A stretch of 64,000 nucleotides of DNA from an uncultured Methanosarcinales archaeon (GTDB lineage: Archaea; Nanobdellota; Nanobdellia; Woesearchaeales; JACJVV01), in assembly GCA_964581515.1 (NCBI GenBank), contig CAZOOV010000001.1, positions 180,823 through 244,822 of the forward strand, in the 5' to 3' direction. Shown piece by piece: positions 10,471 to 20,541 of this stretch (position 1 is the stretch's first letter; each line of letters begins with the position of its first letter). A program made the translations under genes and the position numbers. The notes beneath the pieces are model-generated. The model saw only the letters and a list, made by a program, of their open reading frames with translations, was not told the DNA's origin and did no database searches.

Positions 10471-11604
10471 CTATTTAGGTATTGCAAGATATACATTAGG
10501 TGATACATCGTAAATATATTTGATTGTTTTACTGCCTTCTTTCAATAAAACAAAGGCTTTTCCAGATTGATCCCCTATTATACCTTGAGCCATCTTATTA
10601 CTCAAATCTACACTCCCAATCATTTTTACATAAGGATTAATTTCTGTAACTAAATCATATAATTCTTTTTTCTTCGCTTCTGATAAATAATCTAAACTTG
10701 GAAAAAAGGGCAATAAAACACTTCTTAAGTTTTGACCTGGTTTAATTTTAACTATTCTTGCATTTTTTGGTGTCTTTGAGATGGATTCCTTAGAATGATT
10801 AATATCTAATTTGCCTGCTAAAGCTAAATCAAGATAAAAATCTTTTAGTGAACCTTTGTATTTTGAATCTAAAGAAGTTGCATCAATAAATCTTGCTATC
10901 TCTTGATAATCATTAAACTCATTTACGTTTTTATTAAAGTCAGAAGGCCAAAGTCGCCCCCTTTTTGCGAATACTCTTTTTGCAATTGAGTCTATTGTCC
11001 TTTGATAAGCATCTGATGTTGTATCTATCCCAAGATTATTTTTACGTATGTATTCATCAACAGCTTTTCTATATGCATCTTCTTGTAATCCTGATTCTAA
11101 TTTTATCTTAGCAGGTAGTAATTTTATTCTAGATGTAGGATATTGATTAGCCTGTTCTATTCCTTGTCTTTGTGGTTCTGGTGTTTGTTGATTTGTCTGT
11201 GCTATCGCTGGTTGAGCTGACGCAAGCATAGCTCCTGCTGCTGCTACTCGCATTGGTTGTGTTGCTCTTCTTGTGAATCTTCTCCATAAGGAAGGCCTTA
11301 GATCATCAAGATGATCTATATAATGAATAGCAGAAACTTCATGGTTCAGTTCAGAGGCCAATCTTGATTGCTCTGTTTGACTTGGATCGTTTTTTGCAAG
11401 CATTGCTTCAAGCATTTCTTTTATCCTCTTAACCTCAGCCTTAGCATGCACAACCTTGTCATCTCTTGAATGTAGCTTTGAGAGCTCCTTTAATACATTC
11501 TCAACTATAGACTTTCTCTGTTCTATATCCTTTCTAAGCCATTTCCATTGTGCAGGCAAATCACCTAATTTGTTAAGCTTAGATAGTTCTCTCTTGATTC
11601 CCAT
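10471..11604 (-). CDS. Protein with internal signal-like segment and C-terminal LysM-like motif
   Basis: RRFTRRATQPMRVAAAGAMLASAQPAIA at ~aa 108-135; C-terminus VKIKPGQNLRSV...VTEINP...SPNVYLAIPK. Confidence 0.7.
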   Translation of the reverse strand: MGIKRELSKLNKLGDLPAQWKWLRKDIEQRKSIVENVLKELSKLHSRDDKVVHAKAEVKRIKEMLEAMLAKNDPSQTEQSRLASELNHEVSAIHYIDHLDDLRPSLWRRFTRRATQPMRVAAAGAMLASAQPAIAQTNQQTPEPQRQGIEQANQYPTSRIKLLPAKIKLESGLQEDAYRKAVDEYIRKNNLGIDTTSDAYQRTIDSIAKRVFAKRGRLWPSDFNKNVNEFNDYQEIARFIDATSLDSKYKGSLKDFYLDLALAGKLDINHSKESISKTPKNARIVKIKPGQNLRSVLLPFFPSLDYLSEAKKKELYDLVTEINPYVKMIGSVDLSNKMAQGIIGDQSGKAFVLLKEGSKTIKYIYDVSPNVYLAIPK

Positions 11605-11605
11605 C

Positions 11606-14491
11606 TTAAGTAGCTATCAATTCACCATAATCCTGCTTGACATCATCAGGAGGTTTGAAATAGATCCAGTTGTCATAAACATTAGGCTGCAACGAGAGAT
11701 CATCCTCAAGGAAATAAGTTATGTCATTATCAACAACAACATTTGTTATGACAGGAATGTCTACAGGCATAGTCTCAATCGAATTGAGTTCAATCATATT
11801 ATTGTATGAGAATCTGTTCAAAACAAGTTTCCTCTTGCCATCCATGACATAAGTAAAAAGATTCAGATCAATATAACCTTCATCATTGTCTATGTAACTG
11901 ACTTTCTCATTCAAATCTGTAAATGAAGCAGGAGCTGCATTCTGATAATATAACTCACTCTGAAGTTCCAATGATTCACGCACTGAAAGATTCCTTTTTG
12001 ATTCTCTGTTTAATCTGAAAAGAAGATCATCCTCAGCAGATCCTGTTATTGAATTTGCTACAAGTGTGTTGAAGTTTGATGTGAACTCAAGATTTGAATC
12101 CTTAGTCAATAATAATGAATTTAGATCAAATACCTCTCTTGAATTGCCTTCATAATCAATCACTATGCTTCCCATAGTCCCAATTGAGATAACACCTTGA
12201 TTATCATCTCTAACATAGACAGAATTATCTATATTGATATTACTGCAATTAATGAAACAAATTATCTTCTCTTCAAAAGTACCATATCTACTTGATTTAA
12301 CTTCGTATTTTGCAGGAAGATATCTGAAGAGTGCATCTGAAGACTTTAAAGTTACATTGGAAACATACAAACTTTTGTTAACATCAAAATCACCTATAGT
12401 AAATCCAGTTATAGGATTTGTGAAGATCCCTTGTGTTTCTTTTGATGCAGCAACCATCTGTTGTAACTCCACTAAATCTATTGTAAATTGCTCTCCTCTA
12501 ACATAGTATGTTCTTTCTGTATTAGTTAGCTCTGGACCAAAGTAAACTTCAATTTCTGAACCATCACTACCGATTGCAGTTATCTTATTCATGTTTCCAC
12601 TTGAATCATAATCTACAGTTACTGATGCTGAGCCACTGCCTGATGATTGATCAAACCTGATGTCAATATCTGCATCATCATTCTGGATAATTGCTCTTCC
12701 TGAAGCTGGAGGCATTACTGTCATACTTTCAATAGTTCCAGAGATAGGGTCTCTAGTGACAATAAAACTACCACTTACAACTTCATTGTCAATTGTTAAA
12801 GTTGCATCTTCTGCTGTAATTACAGATGGTGTTACTGAAACATCTCCATTCCTATTTTGTATGTTTACATTTCCATCTTCAATGTTTTGTCTTCCTGATG
12901 CGTCGTAGCCTGACGTCCCCCATTCAAAAGAAGAATATCCAGATGTACTTGCGCCAGATGAAGTACACATACCTAAATAAGCATTCCAATATTGTCCACT
13001 AGGACATCCATCTTCAGGCATACCTGTAGTATCTGCTTCTTCAATATCTCCTGAATCTATCAAGGCCTGGATCTCCTCTTCAGTCAATGTTGAAATATCA
13101 CCTACACCTTCACCAGTCACAACATATGGATCTCCAGTTCCTGAAGGGATTATATCCCCCACAGAAGATTCTTCTTCAGGTTCTTCATCAGAACTGACTA
13201 TTACTTCACTGTATCCTTGTGTAAATACTACTTCTGCACCACCATTTTCGTCAAATATAAGAATTCCATCAGCATCAAGAGCAATATCTCCTCCAGTATT
13301 AATTATCTCTACTGTTGAAGCTGCAGCTGGTGGATTCTCTGCTAAAGAACCAGTCTGTCCAAGGAACTGACCTGTATTTGGATCATACCATTCAACTCTT
13401 CCAGTCTCTTCATTGATAGTATAAGCACGACCATCATCAAAAGTACTAAGTCCAGAAGTATCTGAAATACTTGGAAGAACATCATCTCTCCAATCCTCTT
13501 CACCCACCATTGGAGCATCATCATCAGAGCCTAATGAAAAAGGATCATCAGTAGGATATAATGAGAAAGCAAAATCACCACCAAATTGCGTATCAACAAG
13601 AGTAATTGCACCAGCATCTGAACCACCCAATTGAATTGGACTGCCATCTGCACTTGTAATCGTAAAATCGTGAGAAAGTTCTCCTGATATTGATGTCTCG
13701 TCACCGATTGTAATTTCTATTACAATTGAATCGTCATCTGCTGCTTCACTTGTCTCAAAGATATCAACTGTCGCTCCATTATATTCTGTTCCAAGCGAAG
13801 TCAAATCAAGTGCATTTCCATTTACAGTTAATGTATCAGTATCTGGGTCGTATACTACATCTTGTGCAGAATCAAAATCAGATTCAGGCATAACAAAATT
13901 GATTGAGCCTTCTGCTCTTGAGTCAAGAAATTCTGCTGCATAATCACTATCTAATAATCTTCCACTATCACTAAAATAATCTTGGAAAGATTCTTCTAAA
14001 TCAGGGTCATTAAAAAGAGCGTCTCCACTACCTACATTAGCACCGATATAAGATTCCATCGCACGTGTTAAACCAGGTTCACTATCCCAATCGACACTGC
14101 TAATAAATTCTTCTGCCTGAGAATCTGAAAGCTTATTTATTGCATTTGCATCTGTAGATGGATGTCTTAACAAAGCAACCTGATCCTCATAAGGAATATT
14201 ATCCCATGAAGCTTGAAGATCTGTATCTGAAGCAGTATTGACAAAATTTATCTTTTCTGAAGGACCCATATAACCCCATGCTTCTTGGAACTGCTGTTCA
14301 CTCAAAGCTGAAGGATTGCTCTGTGCCAGACCCATCTTATCTTCTTTTGACATTTCATCCCAATCATCTACTCCTTCGCCGCCACCTGTAGATACACTTT
14401 GTCCAGCTGCAGGAGCAGGTGGTGCATATACACTAGCAACTAACAAAATCATTATTGTTAATGTTATTAGATTGATTATATTAGTTCTCAT
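11606..14491 (-). CDS. Large secreted surface protein, paralogue A (961 aa)
   Basis: Signal peptide ending ...VASVYA; very acidic beta-rich body; shared C-terminal region with 7432..10452. Confidence 0.85.
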   Translation of the reverse strand: MRTNIINLITLTIMILLVASVYAPPAPAAGQSVSTGGGEGVDDWDEMSKEDKMGLAQSNPSALSEQQFQEAWGYMGPSEKINFVNTASDTDLQASWDNIPYEDQVALLRHPSTDANAINKLSDSQAEEFISSVDWDSEPGLTRAMESYIGANVGSGDALFNDPDLEESFQDYFSDSGRLLDSDYAAEFLDSRAEGSINFVMPESDFDSAQDVVYDPDTDTLTVNGNALDLTSLGTEYNGATVDIFETSEAADDDSIVIEITIGDETSISGELSHDFTITSADGSPIQLGGSDAGAITLVDTQFGGDFAFSLYPTDDPFSLGSDDDAPMVGEEDWRDDVLPSISDTSGLSTFDDGRAYTINEETGRVEWYDPNTGQFLGQTGSLAENPPAAASTVEIINTGGDIALDADGILIFDENGGAEVVFTQGYSEVIVSSDEEPEEESSVGDIIPSGTGDPYVVTGEGVGDISTLTEEEIQALIDSGDIEEADTTGMPEDGCPSGQYWNAYLGMCTSSGASTSGYSSFEWGTSGYDASGRQNIEDGNVNIQNRNGDVSVTPSVITAEDATLTIDNEVVSGSFIVTRDPISGTIESMTVMPPASGRAIIQNDDADIDIRFDQSSGSGSASVTVDYDSSGNMNKITAIGSDGSEIEVYFGPELTNTERTYYVRGEQFTIDLVELQQMVAASKETQGIFTNPITGFTIGDFDVNKSLYVSNVTLKSSDALFRYLPAKYEVKSSRYGTFEEKIICFINCSNINIDNSVYVRDDNQGVISIGTMGSIVIDYEGNSREVFDLNSLLLTKDSNLEFTSNFNTLVANSITGSAEDDLLFRLNRESKRNLSVRESLELQSELYYQNAAPASFTDLNEKVSYIDNDEGYIDLNLFTYVMDGKRKLVLNRFSYNNMIELNSIETMPVDIPVITNVVVDNDITYFLEDDLSLQPNVYDNWIYFKPPDDVKQDYGELIAT

Positions 14492-15471
14492 GGTGACACC
14501 GTCAGCTTGAATTTCTTAGATACCTTATATGTGTCGTCATCAAGCGTTATAGTTATATTATACTGGCCAATATCTAGTGCATCCGGGACATAATTAATCA
14601 ATCCAGTATCCTCATCTATGTCAAATAATACAGTATTGTCATAAAACTTACAATGATGTGATGCATTTATCTGCATAAGGTAAGGAGTACCTACAAAAAC
14701 TGTAATGTTTGGTAAGTTTCCTTCAAAATCCAGTATTGATGGCAGATAGTGATCATCATAGATTGCAAAAGAGAACTTCAAAGGATTGGTTCTTAGTCTT
14801 GCTGATGTGTTTATCATATCAATTACTTTGATATTTCCAGAATAAGGATTAATTATCATCTCAAAATCAGTATCATAGAGCTTATCAAGCAACATAAGAT
14901 TAGGATAATCAAGAAGATCATTAACCACTATATTTCTCAATTCCACCATCCTTCCATAAGGTATAAAATGCCTTGTCTGATAAGAATTATACCTATAAGT
15001 TACATCATCTGCAACTGTCTCAAGTGCATAAATCAATTCTGCATCAACTGACTCTGGAAAGATTGTTACTTTTGCTTCAGGAGAACCTGTTTTCATTATA
15101 TGTATAGTTGAATCATCAAGACATGAATCAATATTTTCTTCTATATACCTTTCAATCTCACTCTCCATAAATGATATACTTGGTGATGTATTTTGATTTG
15201 AGTAAATCGAATACGCAAAAGTACGCTTAGTTGTAGTAAGATTAGGATTATAAGTATAAATAAAACCTCCTTGCGCTGCTAAAATCTCAATTGAATCAAC
15301 TACATTGAATTTCATGCACTCTTTTACATAATATGGCACTGGCTGACTTGTATCTTTCAAAAACCAACGCATAGCGCCTGAATCGCTTGACGCCAGAAGA
15401 AATACAATAAAGACAATAACAAAGATTATGCCTAAAAGAACGAATACTGATACCTGAGACTTATTTTTCAT
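14488..15471 (-). CDS. Class III (pilin-like) signal peptide protein with C-terminal Ig/cadherin-like domain
   Basis: Preferred start MKNKSQ|VSVFVLLGIIFVIV (KxSQ + hydrophobic); C-terminus DIDEDTGLINYVP...GQYNITITLDD. Confidence 0.7.
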   Translation of the reverse strand: MKNKSQVSVFVLLGIIFVIVFIVFLLASSDSGAMRWFLKDTSQPVPYYVKECMKFNVVDSIEILAAQGGFIYTYNPNLTTTKRTFAYSIYSNQNTSPSISFMESEIERYIEENIDSCLDDSTIHIMKTGSPEAKVTIFPESVDAELIYALETVADDVTYRYNSYQTRHFIPYGRMVELRNIVVNDLLDYPNLMLLDKLYDTDFEMIINPYSGNIKVIDMINTSARLRTNPLKFSFAIYDDHYLPSILDFEGNLPNITVFVGTPYLMQINASHHCKFYDNTVLFDIDEDTGLINYVPDALDIGQYNITITLDDDTYKVSKKFKLTVSP

Positions 15472-15613
15472 TTTTAAGATCCTCCTCAATGAGATGTTCA
15501 ATATAATTAGAAACCTTGATCATACGGCTAGCTAGCTTTTTCTTCAGTTTTTCTATCAACTTATCGTCAATAGTTGCTGAGATGCGTGTTTTTGTTCCTG
15601 ATCCTTTACGCAT
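15461..15613 (-). CDS. Ribbon-helix-helix (CopG-like) transcription regulator
   Basis: MRKGSGTKTRISATIDDKLIEKLKKK...VSNYIEHLIEEDL; true start is the internal Met of track ORF 15461..15838. Confidence 0.75.
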   Translation of the reverse strand: MRKGSGTKTRISATIDDKLIEKLKKKLASRMIKVSNYIEHLIEEDLKNEK

Positions 15614-15803
15614 TATGGGTGATTTTAGAGTGCGGCGTTTATAAATATTACTAATATTACTCATAAGATTAATATTTTTAATAATATAAGTAATATTAGT
15701 ATTACGAATGTGAAAGATAAGAAAATGCAAGTATATTATAGTGCCTAATTTTGAAAAAAAGAAAACAAAATTATTTGTAAAAGAAGAAAACAAAATTATT
15801 TGT

Positions 15804-15921
15804 AAAAAGTCTGCTTGCACGGCGCAACGAGAAATCAAAGATTTCTGGTGTTTATTGCATAAACAACCATAATTATCCTTTTTAGGATAATTATCGCCTC
15901 ATTAGGCAAAGCTGACTTTTT
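15804..15921. repeat. Multi-hairpin palindromic element, copy 1 (REP/MITE-like)
   Basis: AAAAAGTCTGCTTGC...GCAAAGCTGACTTTTT terminal inverted repeats enclosing three hairpins; near-identical to 22685..22764. Confidence 0.85.
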
Positions 15922-15943
15922 ACCCATATAAGATTAGAAAGAA

Positions 15944-18391
15944 TCAGAACTTTATATCACAAAGATAATCTGCTTCACTATCTGCTTTTAGCTCTTTATA
16001 GAGAATACTTTGTGCCTGAGTACATGCTTTTAGATCATCTTCTATCTTTGAGAATAAATCTAGAGGGATTTTACCTTCAACTGTAAGTACTGCAACTGGT
16101 AACTTTAATGACATCTTAGCTTCTGATTTTGCCTTTCTTACATCTTGAAGTATGTTTATGAACAAATCCCCTGCTTCTTCTGCTTGATTATCTTCTAGTT
16201 TTTCATCATACTCTGGCCAAGAAGCTTGATGGATTGATTTTAATTTCTCTTTATCTGCAAAATACAAGTGATATATCTCCTCTGTAATGAATGGCATTAT
16301 TGGTGCAAGCATCTTCATTACTGAAGATAATGAATGATAAAGTGCAAACTGAGCAGACATCCGTGCCTTATCCCCGCGTCTGTCAGGATTATATAACCTA
16401 TCTTTAACTATTTCTAGATAATTGTCGCAAAGATTCTGCCAGAAGAATTTCTCAACATCAAGCTTTGTTCTTGCATATTCATATTTATCAAATGCGCCTG
16501 TAACTACTTTTATTATCTTCTGAAGCTTTGAAAGAAGCCATAAATCTATAACCTCAAGATCATCTTTCTCAAAATCCTCATCTACATTATAATCTTCTAG
16601 ATGCATAATAGAAAATTTACTTGCATTCCATAATTTCGTTATTGTCTTTTGACCTGTAAGAAGATCTTTTTCCTGGAAAGGCAGATCATCACCAAGACTT
16701 GAGCTTGATGCCCAGAACCTTAATGCGTCTGCACTGTATTTCTCTATCATCACTTGAGGCTCAACTACATTTCCTTTACTCTTAGACATCTTCTTACCCT
16801 TAGGATCAAGTGCCCAACCAGATATCATGCAATCATTCCAAGGATTAACATTATTGTGAAGCTGACTCTTAACAACAGTATTGAAAAGCCAGAATGTGAT
16901 TATGTCATGAGCCTGAGGTCTTAGTGTCATAGGATATAATTTTTCATAAACAGGATGATCCTTAAATAGTTCTGCTGCAATATTAGGTGTTAATGATGAT
17001 GTTGCCCAAGTATTGATTATATCAGTCTCAGGAATTATCTCCTTGCATTTACATTTAGGACACTCATTTACAGGTGGACTATCTGAAATAGGGTCAACAG
17101 GAAGATCTTCTTCATTTGCAGTAATTACTTCATCGCATTCTTTACAATACCATACTGGAAAAGGGATTCCATAATAAATCTGCCTTGATATGCACCAATC
17201 CCATTGGAGACCTTTTACCCAGTTCTCATAACGATTGCTCATATGCTGAGGGAACCAATTTAATTCTTTTCCCCAAGTAGACATGTCATCCTTAAGATCA
17301 AGATATTTTATGAACCATTGTTTTGAATGAACAAATTCAATAGGTGTACCACATCTCTCATGAACATTTACAGCGTGAGTTACAGGTTCTTGTGAAAGCA
17401 ATAATCTTTGATCTTTCATATCTTCAATTATTTCCTTTCTTGCATCCTCAATCTTAAGCCCTTCATATTTTCCTGCTAATGCAGTCATTTTTCCTTGTTT
17501 TGTGATTGCTTCTTTGATAGGAAGATTGTGTATCTTTTGCCACTCTGCATCTGTTGAATCACCGAATGTACAGCACATTACTATTCCTGTGCCTTTCTCT
17601 GGATCTGCACGCTCATCTTCCATTATAGGAACTTCAAAATCAAATAGAGGAACTTTTGCTGTCTTACCTTTAAGATGTGTATATCGTTTGTCAGTAGGAT
17701 GATAAAATATACCTACACAAGCAGGCAAAAGCTCAGGTCTTGTTGTTGCAATAATAAGTTCTTCTTCTTTGCCATCATTGTTTACTTTGAAGACAATATC
17801 ATTAAAAAAAGAAGATAATTCTTTATCTTCACATTCAACCTGTGAAATTGCTGTACTACATTTAGGACACCACATTGCTGGCGCTTCTTTTCTATACTCT
17901 CTACCTGCTTTTAGCAAGTCAAGAAAAGATTTCTGAGAAAGTCTTCTGCAATGATCATTAATAGTAGTATAAAATACACTGAAATCACAACTCATAGCAA
18001 TTTTCTTCCAATCTTCAACATATTTTGGCCTAAGTTCATTATCTAAAGTATCCATGCATAGTTTTCTGAATTTCTCTCTGCCTAAATCTATTGCTCTTAC
18101 TTTCTTTGTCTTCTCTATAAGCATCTGAGTTGGAAGACCATTATCATCTGTACCAAAAGGATAGAATACATTAAAGCCTTTCATACGTTTGTATCTTGCT
18201 ATAAAATCCTGTTGTGCATATGAGAAAGCATGACCAAGATGCATTTTACCTGATACAGTAGGCGGAGGTGTATCTATAGAAAATATCTCCCCTTGTGCAT
18301 CTGGATTGAACTTGAATATATTATGCTCTTCCCAGTACTTCTGCCACTTTGGCTCTGCTTCTTTTGGATCATAACGTTTAGGTAACTCCAT
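15944..18391 (-). CDS. valS: Valine-tRNA ligase
   Basis: DTPPPTVSGKMHLGH, GIVMCCTFGD, WDWCISRQ, RPQAHDIITFW, KMSKS. Confidence 0.98.
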   Translation of the reverse strand: MELPKRYDPKEAEPKWQKYWEEHNIFKFNPDAQGEIFSIDTPPPTVSGKMHLGHAFSYAQQDFIARYKRMKGFNVFYPFGTDDNGLPTQMLIEKTKKVRAIDLGREKFRKLCMDTLDNELRPKYVEDWKKIAMSCDFSVFYTTINDHCRRLSQKSFLDLLKAGREYRKEAPAMWCPKCSTAISQVECEDKELSSFFNDIVFKVNNDGKEEELIIATTRPELLPACVGIFYHPTDKRYTHLKGKTAKVPLFDFEVPIMEDERADPEKGTGIVMCCTFGDSTDAEWQKIHNLPIKEAITKQGKMTALAGKYEGLKIEDARKEIIEDMKDQRLLLSQEPVTHAVNVHERCGTPIEFVHSKQWFIKYLDLKDDMSTWGKELNWFPQHMSNRYENWVKGLQWDWCISRQIYYGIPFPVWYCKECDEVITANEEDLPVDPISDSPPVNECPKCKCKEIIPETDIINTWATSSLTPNIAAELFKDHPVYEKLYPMTLRPQAHDIITFWLFNTVVKSQLHNNVNPWNDCMISGWALDPKGKKMSKSKGNVVEPQVMIEKYSADALRFWASSSSLGDDLPFQEKDLLTGQKTITKLWNASKFSIMHLEDYNVDEDFEKDDLEVIDLWLLSKLQKIIKVVTGAFDKYEYARTKLDVEKFFWQNLCDNYLEIVKDRLYNPDRRGDKARMSAQFALYHSLSSVMKMLAPIMPFITEEIYHLYFADKEKLKSIHQASWPEYDEKLEDNQAEEAGDLFINILQDVRKAKSEAKMSLKLPVAVLTVEGKIPLDLFSKIEDDLKACTQAQSILYKELKADSEADYLCDIKF

Positions 18392-18614
18392 ATGGTTGAA
18401 AATCCTAGTTCTTTTTATATATTTAATGCTAGTTTGAGCTTATTTGGTGAGAATTATATTTATCAGCGTTCGCCAAACAGCTTCTTACTTGATATGGCTC
18501 ACAACTCACTTCATTGCATTATTGTTCATTTAATTTGTTTCATTATTTGATTAATAGATATGGATATAAATCACCGTATAAAATTATATAAAGAATCGTC
18601 AATTACATCTTAAC

Positions 18615-19826
18615 ATGAGGCCATGGATACAAAGCTATATACCAAAGAACACCAAAGAAGTGTTTGGACAAGACAAAGCAGTTGAAGAACTTCGTAGATT
18701 TGTCTCAGATCATAAGAATGGCAAGAGTAAATGCTGTATACTTTACGGTGGAATAGGTTGTGGAAAGACAAGCTGTGTCATTGCACTTGCAAATGAACTT
18801 CAACTTGAGCTTGTTGAAATGAATTCTTCTGATTTTAGAAATAAGGATAATGTTGAGAGCTTCATCGGTACTGCTATGATGCAAAGATCATTATTCTTTC
18901 AAGGAAAAATAATACTCATAGATGAACTTGACGCGCTATCTGGAACAAAAGATAGAGGCGCTGTACAAGCATTAACAAAACTTATCGAAAAAAGTGCATT
19001 TCCAATAATTTGTACTGTAAATGACCCATATGATAAGAAATTACAATCACTTCGTAAAAAATCACAACTTGTAGAATTCCATACATTAGATTATAGAACA
19101 ATAACTAATAATCTTAAACGTATACTTGAGAGTGTAAAGTGTGAATATGATGAAGAAGCACTCAAAGGACTTGCAAGAAGAGCTGGTGGAGATATGAGGG
19201 CTGCCATAAATGATCTTCAAACCGTAACTAATTCTGGAAAGAATAAACTTACAAAAGAAATTGTTACAGAGTTTGATGCTCATGACAGAAATAGGACAGA
19301 GAGTATAATGAACGCGCTCATGAAAGTCATGAAAACAACAGATATAGAAATTGCAAGAACAGCATTTGATAATGTTAATGAGGATACAGATCAAATTGGG
19401 CTTTGGCTAGAAGAAAATGTTCCTAAAGAATATGAAGGAGAAGACCTCAAAAGAGCAATGATGTGCTTATCAAAAGCTGACGTCTATAAAGGAAGAATAA
19501 GGAGATGGCAACATTGGAGATTTTTAGTGTATATACATGCATTATATTCTGCTGGAGTAGCGCTAAGTAAAGATGAGAAATACAAAATTTTTGTAAAATA
19601 CGCTCCTACAAAAAAGATATTAAAGCTATGGCAGGCAAAAATGAAGTATCAGAAAAGAAAAGTTATAGCTGAAAAGATATCCGCACATACACATACCAGT
19701 TCAAAAAGGATTGTACAAGACGTTATACCATACATTAAAGTAATGTGTAGAAATAAAGAATATGCTGATAAGTTTTCTGAAGAATTTGAACTTGAAAAAG
19801 AAGAAATCGCTTGGCTTAAGGCTTAG
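18615..19826 (+). CDS. rfcL: Replication factor C large subunit
   Basis: GGIGCGKTS Walker A, VEMNSSDFRN, IDELD Walker B, GDMRAAINDLQ, WRFLVY. Confidence 0.93.
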   Translation: MRPWIQSYIPKNTKEVFGQDKAVEELRRFVSDHKNGKSKCCILYGGIGCGKTSCVIALANELQLELVEMNSSDFRNKDNVESFIGTAMMQRSLFFQGKIILIDELDALSGTKDRGAVQALTKLIEKSAFPIICTVNDPYDKKLQSLRKKSQLVEFHTLDYRTITNNLKRILESVKCEYDEEALKGLARRAGGDMRAAINDLQTVTNSGKNKLTKEIVTEFDAHDRNRTESIMNALMKVMKTTDIEIARTAFDNVNEDTDQIGLWLEENVPKEYEGEDLKRAMMCLSKADVYKGRIRRWQHWRFLVYIHALYSAGVALSKDEKYKIFVKYAPTKKILKLWQAKMKYQKRKVIAEKISAHTHTSSKRIVQDVIPYIKVMCRNKEYADKFSEEFELEKEEIAWLKA

Positions 19827-20304
19827 GTTTAGGTTGATTGTCTTTTACTTTATATATCAAACTTTGACATTTTATTCTTTGTGCACTTACAATATGTTTG
19901 ATACCTAGCCGTCTTTTTGAATCATATTTCTCAACAACGCCTTCAATACCTAAACTAGAGTTGGTTTCACGAGAATAAGCTAAAACTGCTCTTAAATCAC
20001 GATGGTCCTCTGTAGTCGCATTAACCATTGAGATGTATACTGGAGTTGGTTTGTATGCTCCACGACTACTAGGGGATGATCTAGATCTAACAAAGAATAT
20101 AGGATCTGCACCCGGAATGTGTGTATAAGCTAAAGGTTCACCAGTAACATTTATTGTTTCACCAACAAGCTCTTTAGTCAGCCCATCTCTACCAAATGTT
20201 AGTGATGCTGCCACAGTTCCTTGTGGTGCTCTTTTCATTCTGATTGTTCTTGGTGTCCCTGGTCTTCTTGGCACTGTTGGACCTTCACTATCTAATGCAC
20301 TCAT
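19816..20304 (-). CDS. Hypothetical protein
   Basis: 162 aa ORF, no recognised motif. Confidence 0.65.
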   Translation of the reverse strand: MSALDSEGPTVPRRPGTPRTIRMKRAPQGTVAASLTFGRDGLTKELVGETINVTGEPLAYTHIPGADPIFFVRSRSSPSSRGAYKPTPVYISMVNATTEDHRDLRAVLAYSRETNSSLGIEGVVEKYDSKRRLGIKHIVSAQRIKCQSLIYKVKDNQPKPKP

Positions 20305-20316
20305 CTTTAGAACCTT

Positions 20317-20541
20317 TTAGAACCAATCGCAGAATAGTTCATCCATTTCATGATGGCCAAGGCGTTTTTTATTAAGATCTGATAGAATGTGCTTTTTTCC
20401 GTGACCGCCTTTTACTTGATCAAAGACAAAATCATCTGCTTCTTCGCCTTCTATAACTGTATCTCCTTCTTCATTCTCAACAATATCATCTTTCTCTTCT
20501 TCAGAGACATATTCTTCTTCATAAAATTCTTCATCTGACAT
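20317..20541 (-). CDS. Small acidic hypothetical protein
   Basis: Start MSDEEF chosen after a GGGGG RBS-like run; Glu/Asp-rich N-terminus. Confidence 0.6.
   Translation of the reverse strand: MSDEEFYEEEYVSEEEKDDIVENEEGDTVIEGEEADDFVFDQVKGGHGKKHILSDLNKKRLGHHEMDELFCDWF

Noticed and set aside
15759-15807. 25-bp-period tandem duplication (AAGAAAACAAAATTATTTGTAAAA x2)
   Set aside because: Two copies of AT-rich sequence; simple slippage or an assembly artefact is sufficient, though it abuts the hairpin element
15614-15838. N-terminal extension of track ORF 15461..15838
   Set aside because: Runs through the promoter and repeat region; the RHH fold starts at the Met at 15613
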